A program made the position numbers and the translations under genes. Below, in pieces: positions 1 through 6,088 of a DNA stretch of 7,903 nucleotides (positions within the stretch are counted from its first letter, which is position 1; every line of letters starts with the position of its first letter). The DNA is from Allobaculum fili (GTDB taxonomy: Bacteria; Bacillota_I; Bacilli_A; Erysipelotrichales; Erysipelotrichaceae). The notes beneath the pieces were generated by a model. It saw only the letters and a program-made list of their open reading frames with translations. It did no database searches and was not told where the DNA came from. The stretch covers positions 1 through 7,903 of the forward strand of contig NZ_JAHDSX010000069.1 in assembly GCF_020969955.1 (NCBI RefSeq). Reading direction: 5' to 3'.

Positions 1-1
1 C

Positions 2-39
2 AGGATGATTTTTTCAACAGGTAGAAAATCATCCTTTTC
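2..39 (+). terminator. Possible rho-independent terminator of a + strand gene lying upstream of the window
   Basis: Perfect inverted repeat AGGATGATTTTTT (2-14) / AAAAAATCATCCT (23-35) with loop 15-22, followed by TTT then C. The stem is AT-rich and the U-tail is short. The same bases could instead be coding on the minus strand (see rejected items). Confidence 0.3.
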
Positions 40-265
40 GTCATGCCTGAGACGCAAAATATAAGAAATAACAACGCTCATGAACAGGGTATACGATTTT
101 TATCCCTCCTTAACTTAATGACATTGGTAAGAGGAGATTTAAAAACAAGTCTTCGGGCTTGACTTTCCAAAATAGTTAGTCGATGCTAATCATCAATCCA
201 AGGCAAATTTCGGCCGAAAAGAACGGTTTTTCATTCTGATCTTTACCATTCTGGATTTGAACGGA

Positions 266-279
266 CGGAATCGATTCCG
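266..279. promoter_or_regulatory. Perfect 14-bp palindrome CGGAATCGATTCCG in the leader of the ABC operon; candidate operator
   Basis: It is self-complementary over all 14 nt and lies about 110 nt upstream of the ATG at 387. The 10-bp core GAATCGATTC recurs at 6149-6158 upstream of pfk. No known regulator motif was matched. Confidence 0.3.
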
Positions 280-386
280 CTCGTCAGGCAGGCAAAACAG
301 TAACGTTTTGCAGGGATCGTCTGAACCAGCTCTTTTCTGGTCGATCGATAAAACAGAAAAGAAAAGAATAGAAAGCAGGTAAATTT

Positions 387-1346
387 ATGAGTTCAGCCTT
401 CCCATTCAAAAAAGTCATGCGCAATGCGATCCTTCTGCTCGTTGTCGCCTCCATGGCTCTGTTTGCGGGCGCATGCTCGAGTTCGAATGATTCGAATTCG
501 ACAGCCGCTTCCGAAATGCGCACGGTTCAGACCGATAAGGGCGAAGTGGAAATTCCCGTGAATCCGCAGCGCATTGTCAGCGACTACTATCTTGGCGAGT
601 TTCTTGCGGTTGATGTGAAACCGGTGATTGCTTCTCCGTACGCTTTAAACAATCCGTATCTGGATGGCCTCACAGACGGCATCGAACCGATGAACATCAC
701 TTCCGCGGAAACGACACTCGAGCAGTTTACGGCAGCCAAGCCGGATCTGATTGTCACCATTACCGAAGCGGACTACGACAAGTATTCAAAAATTGCGCCG
801 ACCGTTTACATTCAGGACGGCAAGCGCAGCGATGAAGATACATTCCGCTACGTTGCCGATCTTGTAGGCAAATCCAAAGAAGCGGAAGACTATATCACAG
901 CCTTCAATGAAAAAGTGGATTCCAAAAAGGAAGAAATCCAGAACATCGTCGGCGATCAGACCGTTTCGATTCTCGAAGTCTGGCCGCAGCAGATTTACAC
1001 CATGGGCTCTCACTTTGCCCGGGGCGGATCCATCCTTTATGACATGTGGGGACTGAAAGCCCCAGAACCTATTCAGAGCACCATGGTCGACGGGGACGAA
1101 ACGTATAAAGTCATTTCTCTGGAAGCTCTGCCCGAGTATGCCGGCGACTTCGTTCTGTATGGCGTACTGGACGGTACCGATCCGGCTTTCGTAACGTCTT
1201 CCAATCTCTGGAATTCTTTGCCGGCCGTACAGAACGGCAAGACGTTCCCATATGAACAGGTAGCCTTCATGCATCGCGATCCGATTACGCTCAATAAGCA
1301 GGCCGATCTGTTCATCGAATTTTTCGAGAAATTCCAGGAGAACTAA
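387..1346 (+). CDS. ABC transporter substrate-binding lipoprotein, FhuD/FeuA-type (iron-siderophore / metallophore binding, PF01497-like)
   Basis: 319 aa. N-terminal signal peptide MRNAILLLVVASMALFAGAC with a lipobox (FAGA|C), followed by a Ser/Asn-rich tether. Carries the family-typical strands PQRIVS and KPDLIV. First gene of an SBP-permease-permease-ATPase operon, and its stop overlaps the next start (TAATG at 1344-1348). Only a weak SD (AGGT, 377-380). Confidence 0.85.
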   Translation: MSSAFPFKKVMRNAILLLVVASMALFAGACSSSNDSNSTAASEMRTVQTDKGEVEIPVNPQRIVSDYYLGEFLAVDVKPVIASPYALNNPYLDGLTDGIEPMNITSAETTLEQFTAAKPDLIVTITEADYDKYSKIAPTVYIQDGKRSDEDTFRYVADLVGKSKEAEDYITAFNEKVDSKKEEIQNIVGDQTVSILEVWPQQIYTMGSHFARGGSILYDMWGLKAPEPIQSTMVDGDETYKVISLEALPEYAGDFVLYGVLDGTDPAFVTSSNLWNSLPAVQNGKTFPYEQVAFMHRDPITLNKQADLFIEFFEKFQEN

Positions 1347-2353
1347 TGATGCAGACCAGTACGAAGAAAACGATCTTCTTTCTGGTGATTCTTACGATCG
1401 CAGCGGTTTTCGCTGCGATCCTTTCTGTCTTTCTGGGCAGTACGGACATTTCCTGGCAGACCGTACTCGAAGCGCTCTTTCGCCCGGATCTGACCAGTCA
1501 CCAGCAAATCGCCGTCGTGGAACTGCGCCTGCCGCGAACGATCGGCGACCTTCTTGTCGGGGCCGGTCTGGCCAGTGCCGGCGCGCTCATGCAGGGCATG
1601 ACGCGAAATCCCTTAGCGGACAGCGGTCTGCTTGGCATTAACGCGGGTGCCTCCTTCGGTGTGGCGCTCTGTCTGGCGTTCTTTTCCAATGTCACGTTTG
1701 GTCTGACGATTTTTGTCTCCTTTCTTGGGGCGGCCGTTTCCGTCTTTCTGGTGTTCGGTCTGCTATTACTGAAGCATCGAAAACTGGATGCAACCCGCCT
1801 CGTTCTGGCCGGTCTTGCGGTAAGCATGTTCTTAACCGCGCTGACCCAGGGCATTTCCATTTTGACGAATACCGGACAGTCGCTGACCTTCTGGAGTGCC
1901 GGCCGTACGGCGGGTATCCGCATGGATCAGCTTAAAATCGCGGCACCGGTCCTAATTGCTGCATTAATTGCGGCCCTTCTGCTTTCCCGACAGGTTTCCC
2001 TGCTTTCGCTTGGCGAAGAAGCAGCCCGCTCGCTCGGTCTGAATCTCAATCGCTCCCGGCTGCTGACGATTCTGGTCGTCCTGCTTCTGGCGGGTACGAG
2101 TACTGCGCTTGCTGGCCCGGTCGCCTTTGTCGGTCTTCTCGTTCCCCATATCGTCCGCCGCATTGCGGGCGGCCGGTATGAAGCCATTCTTCCCTGCTCC
2201 ATGATGCTTGGCGCCTTGATGATGGTTCTGGCGGACATTCTGTCCCGTACCCTCAATGCGCCGACAGAAACGCCGGTCGGCCTGATCTTTGCGGTGATCG
2301 GTGTTCCGGCTTTCATCTGGATCAGCCGAAAGGAGGAAGAAACCGATGCGTAA
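1346..2353 (+). CDS. FecCD-family ABC transporter permease (FhuB/FeuB-like)
   Basis: 335 aa and polytopic hydrophobic. FecCD hallmarks are present: LRLPRT, TRNPLADSGLLGINAGAS, GPVAFVGLLVPHIVRR and ETPVGLIFAVIGVPAFIW. Translationally coupled to both neighbouring genes. Confidence 0.9.
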   Translation: MMQTSTKKTIFFLVILTIAAVFAAILSVFLGSTDISWQTVLEALFRPDLTSHQQIAVVELRLPRTIGDLLVGAGLASAGALMQGMTRNPLADSGLLGINAGASFGVALCLAFFSNVTFGLTIFVSFLGAAVSVFLVFGLLLLKHRKLDATRLVLAGLAVSMFLTALTQGISILTNTGQSLTFWSAGRTAGIRMDQLKIAAPVLIAALIAALLLSRQVSLLSLGEEAARSLGLNLNRSRLLTILVVLLLAGTSTALAGPVAFVGLLVPHIVRRIAGGRYEAILPCSMMLGALMMVLADILSRTLNAPTETPVGLIFAVIGVPAFIWISRKEEETDA

Positions 2354-3314
2354 AAAACAGAAACAAATCTGGATTCCTCTGCTCATGGCCGTTCTGCTCG
2401 TTCTGGGCATTCTTTTCGATCTGAATGCCGGCTACGCGCAGATTCCCCTATCGGAGCTGTTTGCGGGCAATCCCGTTTTGCTCGATATTCGTCTTCCCCG
2501 GGTTCTCGCCTGCGTTCTGGTCGGTGCCGGACTTTCCCTTTCCGGAGCAGTTTTGCAGGGGGTTACCCGCAACGATATGGCTGAACCGGGCATTCTTGGC
2601 ATTAACGCCGGAGCCGGTCTGGCCATCGCGATTTTTATCGTCTTCTATCAGGGCGGCAATACGAACTGGTCGCTGATGATGCCGATCCTTGCCTTTCTGG
2701 GCTCAGGCGGCGTTTTCTGGATCGAATACCGTCTGGCGTACAGCCATGGGCGCATTCATCCTAAAAAGCTCCTGCTGATGGGTGTCGCCATTTCCCTGGC
2801 CGTCACTTCCCTGACGACCATCCTCATGCTGCGAATGCCCGATTCGCAGTACGCCTTCGTCCAAAACTGGATTGCGGGCAGCATCTGGGGCGCCGACTGG
2901 CCAAACGTCATCCGTCTGGCGATCGGTCTTACTGTAGTCGGGGCGCTGATCTTCTACTTTTCACGAACCCTGAACGGGCTGATGCTTGGGGAAGCGCTGG
3001 CGACAGGAATTGGCATCGACACGAAAAAGTCTTCCCGTCTGTTTCTGATTGGGGCCATTGCGCTGAGTGCGTTTTGCACGAGCATCGGCGGCGGTCTGAG
3101 CTTTGTCGGTCTGATTGCCCCGCACCTTTGCCGGCGGCTGGTCGGTCCGAATTATCGCCATCTGCTTCCCGCCTGCGCGCTGGGCGGCGGTGTGCTGATG
3201 GTGTTTGCGGATATCATTTCCCGTACCTGGTTTCTACCGTACGAAATGCCGGTCGGCATTACCGCTGCCGTGCTGGGTGCACCGTACTTCCTGTACCTGC
3301 TCGTCAAGGAATAA
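2346..3314 (+). CDS. FecCD-family ABC transporter permease (FhuG/FeuC-like), second subunit
   Basis: The ORF track opens at 2301, but AGGAGG at 2332-2337 sits 8 nt before the ATG at 2346 (MRKKQKQIW...). That start overlaps the upstream stop by 8 nt (ATGCGTAA). 322 aa from this start. Motifs: IRLPRV, TRNDMAEPGILGINAGAG, LSFVGLIAPHLCRR and EMPVGITAAVLGAPYFLYLL. Confidence 0.85.
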   Translation: MRKKQKQIWIPLLMAVLLVLGILFDLNAGYAQIPLSELFAGNPVLLDIRLPRVLACVLVGAGLSLSGAVLQGVTRNDMAEPGILGINAGAGLAIAIFIVFYQGGNTNWSLMMPILAFLGSGGVFWIEYRLAYSHGRIHPKKLLLMGVAISLAVTSLTTILMLRMPDSQYAFVQNWIAGSIWGADWPNVIRLAIGLTVVGALIFYFSRTLNGLMLGEALATGIGIDTKKSSRLFLIGAIALSAFCTSIGGGLSFVGLIAPHLCRRLVGPNYRHLLPACALGGGVLMVFADIISRTWFLPYEMPVGITAAVLGAPYFLYLLVKE

Positions 3315-3332
3315 GCCAAAAGGAGTCTCTTT

Positions 3333-4193
3333 ATGGAACACAACGAAACAGTAAATCCATCTATGCCGGATCGTACCTTGAAGTCTTCCGATTCGAAGTC
3401 TGCGTACGCGATGGAAGGCCGGCATCTGAAAATCGGCTATTCCGATAAAACGATCATTCCCGAAATGAACGTAAAAATTCCGCAGGGGCAGATCACGAGC
3501 ATCATCGGCCCAAACGGCTGCGGCAAGTCCACTCTGCTTAAGGGACTTGCGCGCATTCTTCCGCTGCAGGGCGGTGAAGTCCTTTTGCACAATCAGAACA
3601 TGAAAGATATGGGGACGAAGGAAATCGCCCGTCAGCTCGCCCTTCTGCCGCAGGGACCGACGGCGCCGGCCGGTCTGAGCGTCCGTGAGCTCGTCAGCTT
3701 TGGCCGCTATCCGTACCAGAAAGGGTTTGGCACGATGAACGAAACAGACCGCCAAATCGTCGAACAGGCGATGAAAGACACCCGGACGCTGGAACTGGCC
3801 GATCGCAGTGTGGATCAGCTTTCCGGCGGACAGCGCCAGCGCGTCTGGATCGCGATGGCTCTGGCGCAGGATACACCGCTCATTTTGTTAGATGAGCCGA
3901 CGACGTATCTCGATATGGCGCATCAGCTGGAAATTCTCGAACTGCTTGAACGGCTGAATAAGGAAAAGCAGAAGACAATCGTCATCGTCATCCACGATCT
4001 GAATATGGCCGCACGCTTTTCCGACTATCTGGTCGCCATGAAAGACGGACTGATCCTGCACGAAGGAAATGTGGGACAGATCATGAGTGCTCCGGTTTTG
4101 AAAGACGTTTTCAGTCTGGACGCCCTGATCGAAAAGGATCCCTGGACCGGCAAGCCGACCATGGTTTCGTATCGGCTGCTTTCCGGATCCTGA
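3333..4193 (+). CDS. ABC transporter ATP-binding protein (FhuC/FecE-type)
   Basis: 286 aa. Walker A GPNGCGKST, Q-loop LLPQG, ABC signature LSGGQRQR, Walker B LILLDEPT, H-loop VIHDLN. AAAGGAG SD at 3319-3325. About 26 aa of extra N-terminal sequence precede the usual start of the domain (MEGRHLKIGY). Confidence 0.9.
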   Translation: MEHNETVNPSMPDRTLKSSDSKSAYAMEGRHLKIGYSDKTIIPEMNVKIPQGQITSIIGPNGCGKSTLLKGLARILPLQGGEVLLHNQNMKDMGTKEIARQLALLPQGPTAPAGLSVRELVSFGRYPYQKGFGTMNETDRQIVEQAMKDTRTLELADRSVDQLSGGQRQRVWIAMALAQDTPLILLDEPTTYLDMAHQLEILELLERLNKEKQKTIVIVIHDLNMAARFSDYLVAMKDGLILHEGNVGQIMSAPVLKDVFSLDALIEKDPWTGKPTMVSYRLLSGS

Positions 4194-4204
4194 TTTTGAA
4201 ATCG

Positions 4205-4237
4205 AAAAAATCGGCCGGATGTCCAGCCGATTTTTTT
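4205..4237 (+). terminator. Rho-independent terminator of the ABC operon (symmetric, could act on either strand)
   Basis: AAAAAATCGGCCGG-ATGT-CCAGCCGATTTTTTT. GC-rich stem 4211-4218 / 4223-4230 with one C/A mismatch. An A6 run precedes it and a T7 run follows. It starts 12 nt after the stop at 4193. Confidence 0.8.
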
Positions 4238-4276
4238 GTGAGTACTCTCTAGTTGTGATGGATGAGGTGATCGTTA

Positions 4277-5041
4277 ATGGAAATTGAATTTGATGCCGTT
4301 ATTTTGCAGAACGGAACGATGGATGCTGCCTATATTGAAGTGCCCTATGACATACGCGAACGGACGGAAAAAGACCGCTGGCTGGTCGACGCCCGGTTTG
4401 ATAACGTTCCCTATTCCGGTCAGGTCGTGCCCATGAAAACGCCGTTTTATCTGATCGGCCTGAACAAGCAGGTAAGAAAAGCACTGGGAAAGAGCTTTGG
4501 CGATCGCGTGCACGTCGTTTTAAAAGACCGGCAGATGTCGAAGAAAACCGATCGTTCTTCTGAACCGATACAGACAGATCCATCTTCCGTTAAGGAAGAA
4601 AAACCTGTTTCTAAGCAAACCAGACCTGCCTCCTCCAGGGACAAAAAGACGCCGGTTCGATCCAAACCGGAAACCGTAGACGAATACATTCAGAGGCAGC
4701 CTGAATCCTGGCAGGCGGATCTGAAAACGATGCAGCGCATTTTGCGTGAGGCAATGCCGAATACGATCGAAAAGATTTCATGGAGCATGCCGACATTCTG
4801 GAAAAAGCGAAACCTTATTCACTTTGCGGGCTTCAAAAACCATATTGGTCTGTATCCAGGCCCAGAAGCGATCGAACAGTTTAAAAACGAACTCAACGGC
4901 TATAAGACGAGTAAAGGCACTATTCAGATTCGGTATGGAAAAATCGATGAAGCGCTCGTTTCCGCCATTGCGAAATGGACTTTGCAAAACCAGGAAGCCG
5001 TCGATGCCGCTTTGAAACCTGAATCCGTTAAACCCAGATAA
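4277..5041 (+). CDS. Two-domain protein: N-terminal DUF1905-like domain, disordered basic Ser/Pro/Lys linker, C-terminal YdhG-like (DUF1801) domain
   Basis: 254 aa. SD GAGGTGA at 4264-4270. Residues 1-85 fit the DUF1905 pattern (...AAYIEVPYD...FDNVPYSGQVVPM...YLIGLNKQVRKALGKSFGDRVHVVLKD). Residues 86-132 are low complexity. Residues about 133-240 fit the DUF1801/YdhG pattern (VDEYI...L..ILREAMPNTIEKISWSMPTFW...LIHFAGFKNHIGLYPG). Domain calls are from memory of the family patterns, not from an HMM search. Confidence 0.6.
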   Translation: MEIEFDAVILQNGTMDAAYIEVPYDIRERTEKDRWLVDARFDNVPYSGQVVPMKTPFYLIGLNKQVRKALGKSFGDRVHVVLKDRQMSKKTDRSSEPIQTDPSSVKEEKPVSKQTRPASSRDKKTPVRSKPETVDEYIQRQPESWQADLKTMQRILREAMPNTIEKISWSMPTFWKKRNLIHFAGFKNHIGLYPGPEAIEQFKNELNGYKTSKGTIQIRYGKIDEALVSAIAKWTLQNQEAVDAALKPESVKPR

Positions 5042-5084
5042 TCGTCCCCTCTGCGTTCTGAGCCTTGCCTGACGATTTTCTTTT

Positions 5085-5110
5085 GCCTCCGAACCACCGG
5101 AGGCTTTTTT
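5085..5110 (+). terminator. Rho-independent terminator after the DUF1905/DUF1801 gene
   Basis: GCCTCCG (5085-5091) / CGGAGGC (5098-5104), 6-nt loop AACCAC, then T6 (5105-5110). Confidence 0.8.
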
Positions 5111-5197
5111 ATTGGGAAGATTCCGAATTTGGAATTTTGAATGCCGGACGTTGAATTGCTTCCGTTTTCCGAGCGTTTGTGCGGTTTGAAAAGCGCC

Positions 5198-5229
5198 AAA
5201 AAAACAGACCCTGAGGATTTCAGGGTCTG
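5198..5229 (-). terminator. Rho-independent terminator of the minus-strand lipoprotein gene
   Basis: On the minus strand this reads CAGACCCTG-AAATCCT-CAGGGTCTG followed by T7. The + strand coordinates are stem 5205-5213 / 5221-5229 and A-run 5198-5204. It lies 86 nt downstream of the stop at 5315-5317. Confidence 0.8.
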
Positions 5230-5314
5230 CACGAAGATCCGCAAACGACTCGGCGTCTTTGATAAGATCGCCTGTCTATGGCGCGGATTCAAAAGTCAAA
5301 GGAGAAAAAGACGC

Positions 5315-5857
5315 TTATTTAACAGGGTAGCCAAGCATTTCGAGAACGCTCTTGGCGCCGTCGAGGGCAGGTTCCGGGATGTCCTGCAGAGTGACTACGG
5401 ATTTGGCTTCGCGGTTAATGGCGGCTACGCCGTATACGGTGTTGTAGTCGTTGAGCAGTACGCGGGTCTGCTTCTGATCGGCATCGTAGGATTCGACTTC
5501 CAGATAGCCGTCGTCTTCAAGCTGGGAAGCGCTGGTTTCGTAGGTCTGAGACGCTTCGGTTTCGTTTTCGAAGTTCTGGCCTTCAACCTGGAAGGAACCG
5601 TTGTCGTTTTCGGCGGTAAAGGTCGTCTTGTCGCCTTCGGTTACGACATCGCTGACGCTGTAGCCGGCGTTCGAGAAGGCCATGCTGATGTCTTCAAGAG
5701 AAGCAGCAGACGTTTCCGTTTTGGATTCCTTGGATTCTTCAACGGAAGATACAGGTTCGGAAGCCGAAGATTCGGTTTTTGTTTCCGGAGCGGAAGAGCA
5801 TCCCGCAATCATTAACGCAGACAGCAGCGCGAGCGCTGTAAGTGATCTTGTTTTCAT
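5315..5857 (-). CDS. Secreted, highly acidic lipoprotein of unknown function
   Basis: 180 aa. Signal peptide MKTRSLTALALLSALMIAGC with a canonical lipobox (MIAG|C), then a Ser/Thr/Glu-rich tether of about 33 aa and a globular-looking region of about 125 aa. By my count the mature part has about 32 Asp+Glu against 10 Lys+Arg. GGAGGT SD at 5867-5862, 4 nt before the ATG. I do not recognise a family. Confidence 0.75.
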   Translation of the reverse strand: MKTRSLTALALLSALMIAGCSSAPETKTESSASEPVSSVEESKESKTETSAASLEDISMAFSNAGYSVSDVVTEGDKTTFTAENDNGSFQVEGQNFENETEASQTYETSASQLEDDGYLEVESYDADQKQTRVLLNDYNTVYGVAAINREAKSVVTLQDIPEPALDGAKSVLEMLGYPVK

Positions 5858-5858
5858 A

Positions 5859-6002
5859 TTACCTCCATATTAGGCAGTACATTCTGCCCGGAATTAGGCA
5901 GTACATTCTGCCCGGACCTGGAACGAAGGGACATGTCTTTTTGCAAGTGTAAAACTTGAAGGGCTGTTCGACTGGTTCAGGTACATCTTTCTTTACTTTC
6001 AT
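5859..6002 (-). other. Unannotated 47-codon ORF (candidate upstream ORF / small peptide); coding status doubtful
   Basis: Hand translation of the minus strand gives MKVKKDVPEPVEQPFKFYTCKKTCPFVPGPGRMYCLIPGRMYCLIWR*. The TAA at 5861-5859 is 1 nt from the lipoprotein ATG (5857-5855), and the lipoprotein SD lies within its last two codons. The 24-bp duplication is in frame and encodes PGRMYCLI twice. No SD precedes the ATG at 6002 (upstream sequence is CTTCCTCTACTATTAA). Confidence 0.15.
5869..5916. repeat. Perfect tandem direct duplication, 2 x 24 bp (ATTAGGCAGTACATTCTGCCCGGA)
   Basis: 5869-5892 and 5893-5916 are identical at 24/24 positions, and the identity does not extend into either flank. 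Each unit contains the inverted repeat GGCAG-N6-CTGCC. It lies in the 5' region of the minus-strand lipoprotein gene, immediately upstream of its SD. Confidence 0.95.
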
Positions 6003-6058
6003 TTAATAGTAGAGGAAGCGTTTTCCCGGCTTTGATGACCGCCTTTTCTTACAACGTC

Positions 6059-6088
6059 AAATCGCATACTCTTCTGCCTACGCGATTT
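6059..6088. promoter_or_regulatory. Inverted repeat AAATCGC-N16-GCGATTT in the pfk upstream region
   Basis: 7-bp arms at 6059-6065 and 6082-6088. It is part of a cluster of AATCG/CGATT-containing symmetric elements between 6059 and 6158. Confidence 0.2.

Noticed and set aside
1-81. Partial minus-strand ORF (MSVVISYILRLRHDEKDDFLPVEKIIL...) running off the left edge, with AGGAGGG at 110-104
   Set aside because: The SD-like sequence is 22 nt from the ATG, which is too far. An in-frame stop lies directly upstream, and the region also forms a 13-bp hairpin. I cannot decide between a gene start and a terminator from 81 nt, so I make no CDS call.
159-164. Sigma-A promoter for the ABC operon based on the TTGACT -35-like hexamer
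   Set aside because: At 17-19 bp spacing the best -10 candidates (GATGCT, GCTAAT) are weak. I cannot support a promoter call without TSS data.
182-198. Fur box (GATGCTAATCATCAATC)
   Set aside because: Only the TAATCAT core matches the GATAATGATAATCATTATC consensus, and the dyad symmetry is poor. It is not enough to call.
232-253. Heptamer CATTCTG recurring in intergenic DNA (232-238, 247-253, and inside each 24-bp repeat unit)
   Set aside because: The same heptamer also occurs several times in coding sequence (for example near 2235, 4794 and 6805), probably reflecting ATT-CTG codon pairs. The recurrence is therefore not specific.
100-386. Cobalamin riboswitch upstream of a BtuFCD-like transporter
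   Set aside because: I could not find the B12 box (GCCACTG) or the conserved GGTG...TCC / CCCGC core segments. CGTCAGGCAGGC (282-293) is only superficially similar. An Infernal scan would be needed to exclude it formally.
284-523. 79-aa minus-strand ORF overlapping the start of the binding-protein gene
   Set aside because: It has no SD, is antisense to a well-supported lipoprotein signal sequence, and has no recognisable features.
2301-2345. Upstream start (ATG 2301) for the second permease, as given by the ORF track
   Set aside because: It would add 15 residues (MFRLSSGSAERRKKP) lying entirely inside the first permease gene and has no SD. The ATG at 2346 has AGGAGG at ideal spacing and shows the usual start/stop overlap.
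1498-2410. Long minus-strand ORFs (1498-1923, 1927-2316, 1964-2410) and others at 2432-2626, 2961-3161 and 3152-3343, all antisense to the permease genes
   Set aside because: Their translations are Arg/Ala/Pro/Thr-rich low-complexity sequence, as expected for the antisense frames of GC-rich membrane-protein genes. They have no SD, and the sense strand carries unmistakable FecCD motifs.
5252-5314. Distant inverted repeat GCGTCTTT (5253-5260) / AAAGACGC (5307-5314) in the lipoprotein 3' UTR
   Set aside because: The arms are only 8 bp with a 46-nt loop, which is within chance expectation. The true terminator lies further downstream.
5141-5815. 224-aa + strand ORF overlapping the acidic lipoprotein gene
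   Set aside because: It is Gly/Arg/Phe-rich low-complexity sequence with no SD before its ATG. It also runs straight through the minus-strand terminator (5198-5229) and the 3' UTR. The minus-strand gene has an SD, a signal peptide and a lipobox.
5869-5916. Mini CRISPR array or DtxR/IdeR box (TTAGG...)
   Set aside because: There are only two repeats, directly abutting with no spacer, so this is not a CRISPR array. Only the first 5 nt match the DtxR consensus TTAGGTTAGCCTAACCTAA.
5869-5936. CggR-type (SorC family) operator, which consists of tandem direct repeats containing CGGG near a glycolytic gene. The nearby GGGACATGTC (5928-5937) was also considered
   Set aside because: The B. subtilis CggR operator as I recall it is CGGGAC-N6-TGTC-N4 with a 20-bp period. 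Here the unit is CGGGCAGAATGTACTG... with a 24-bp period and different spacing. The repeat also abuts the lipoprotein gene, about 300 bp from pfk. The two are similar in architecture only.
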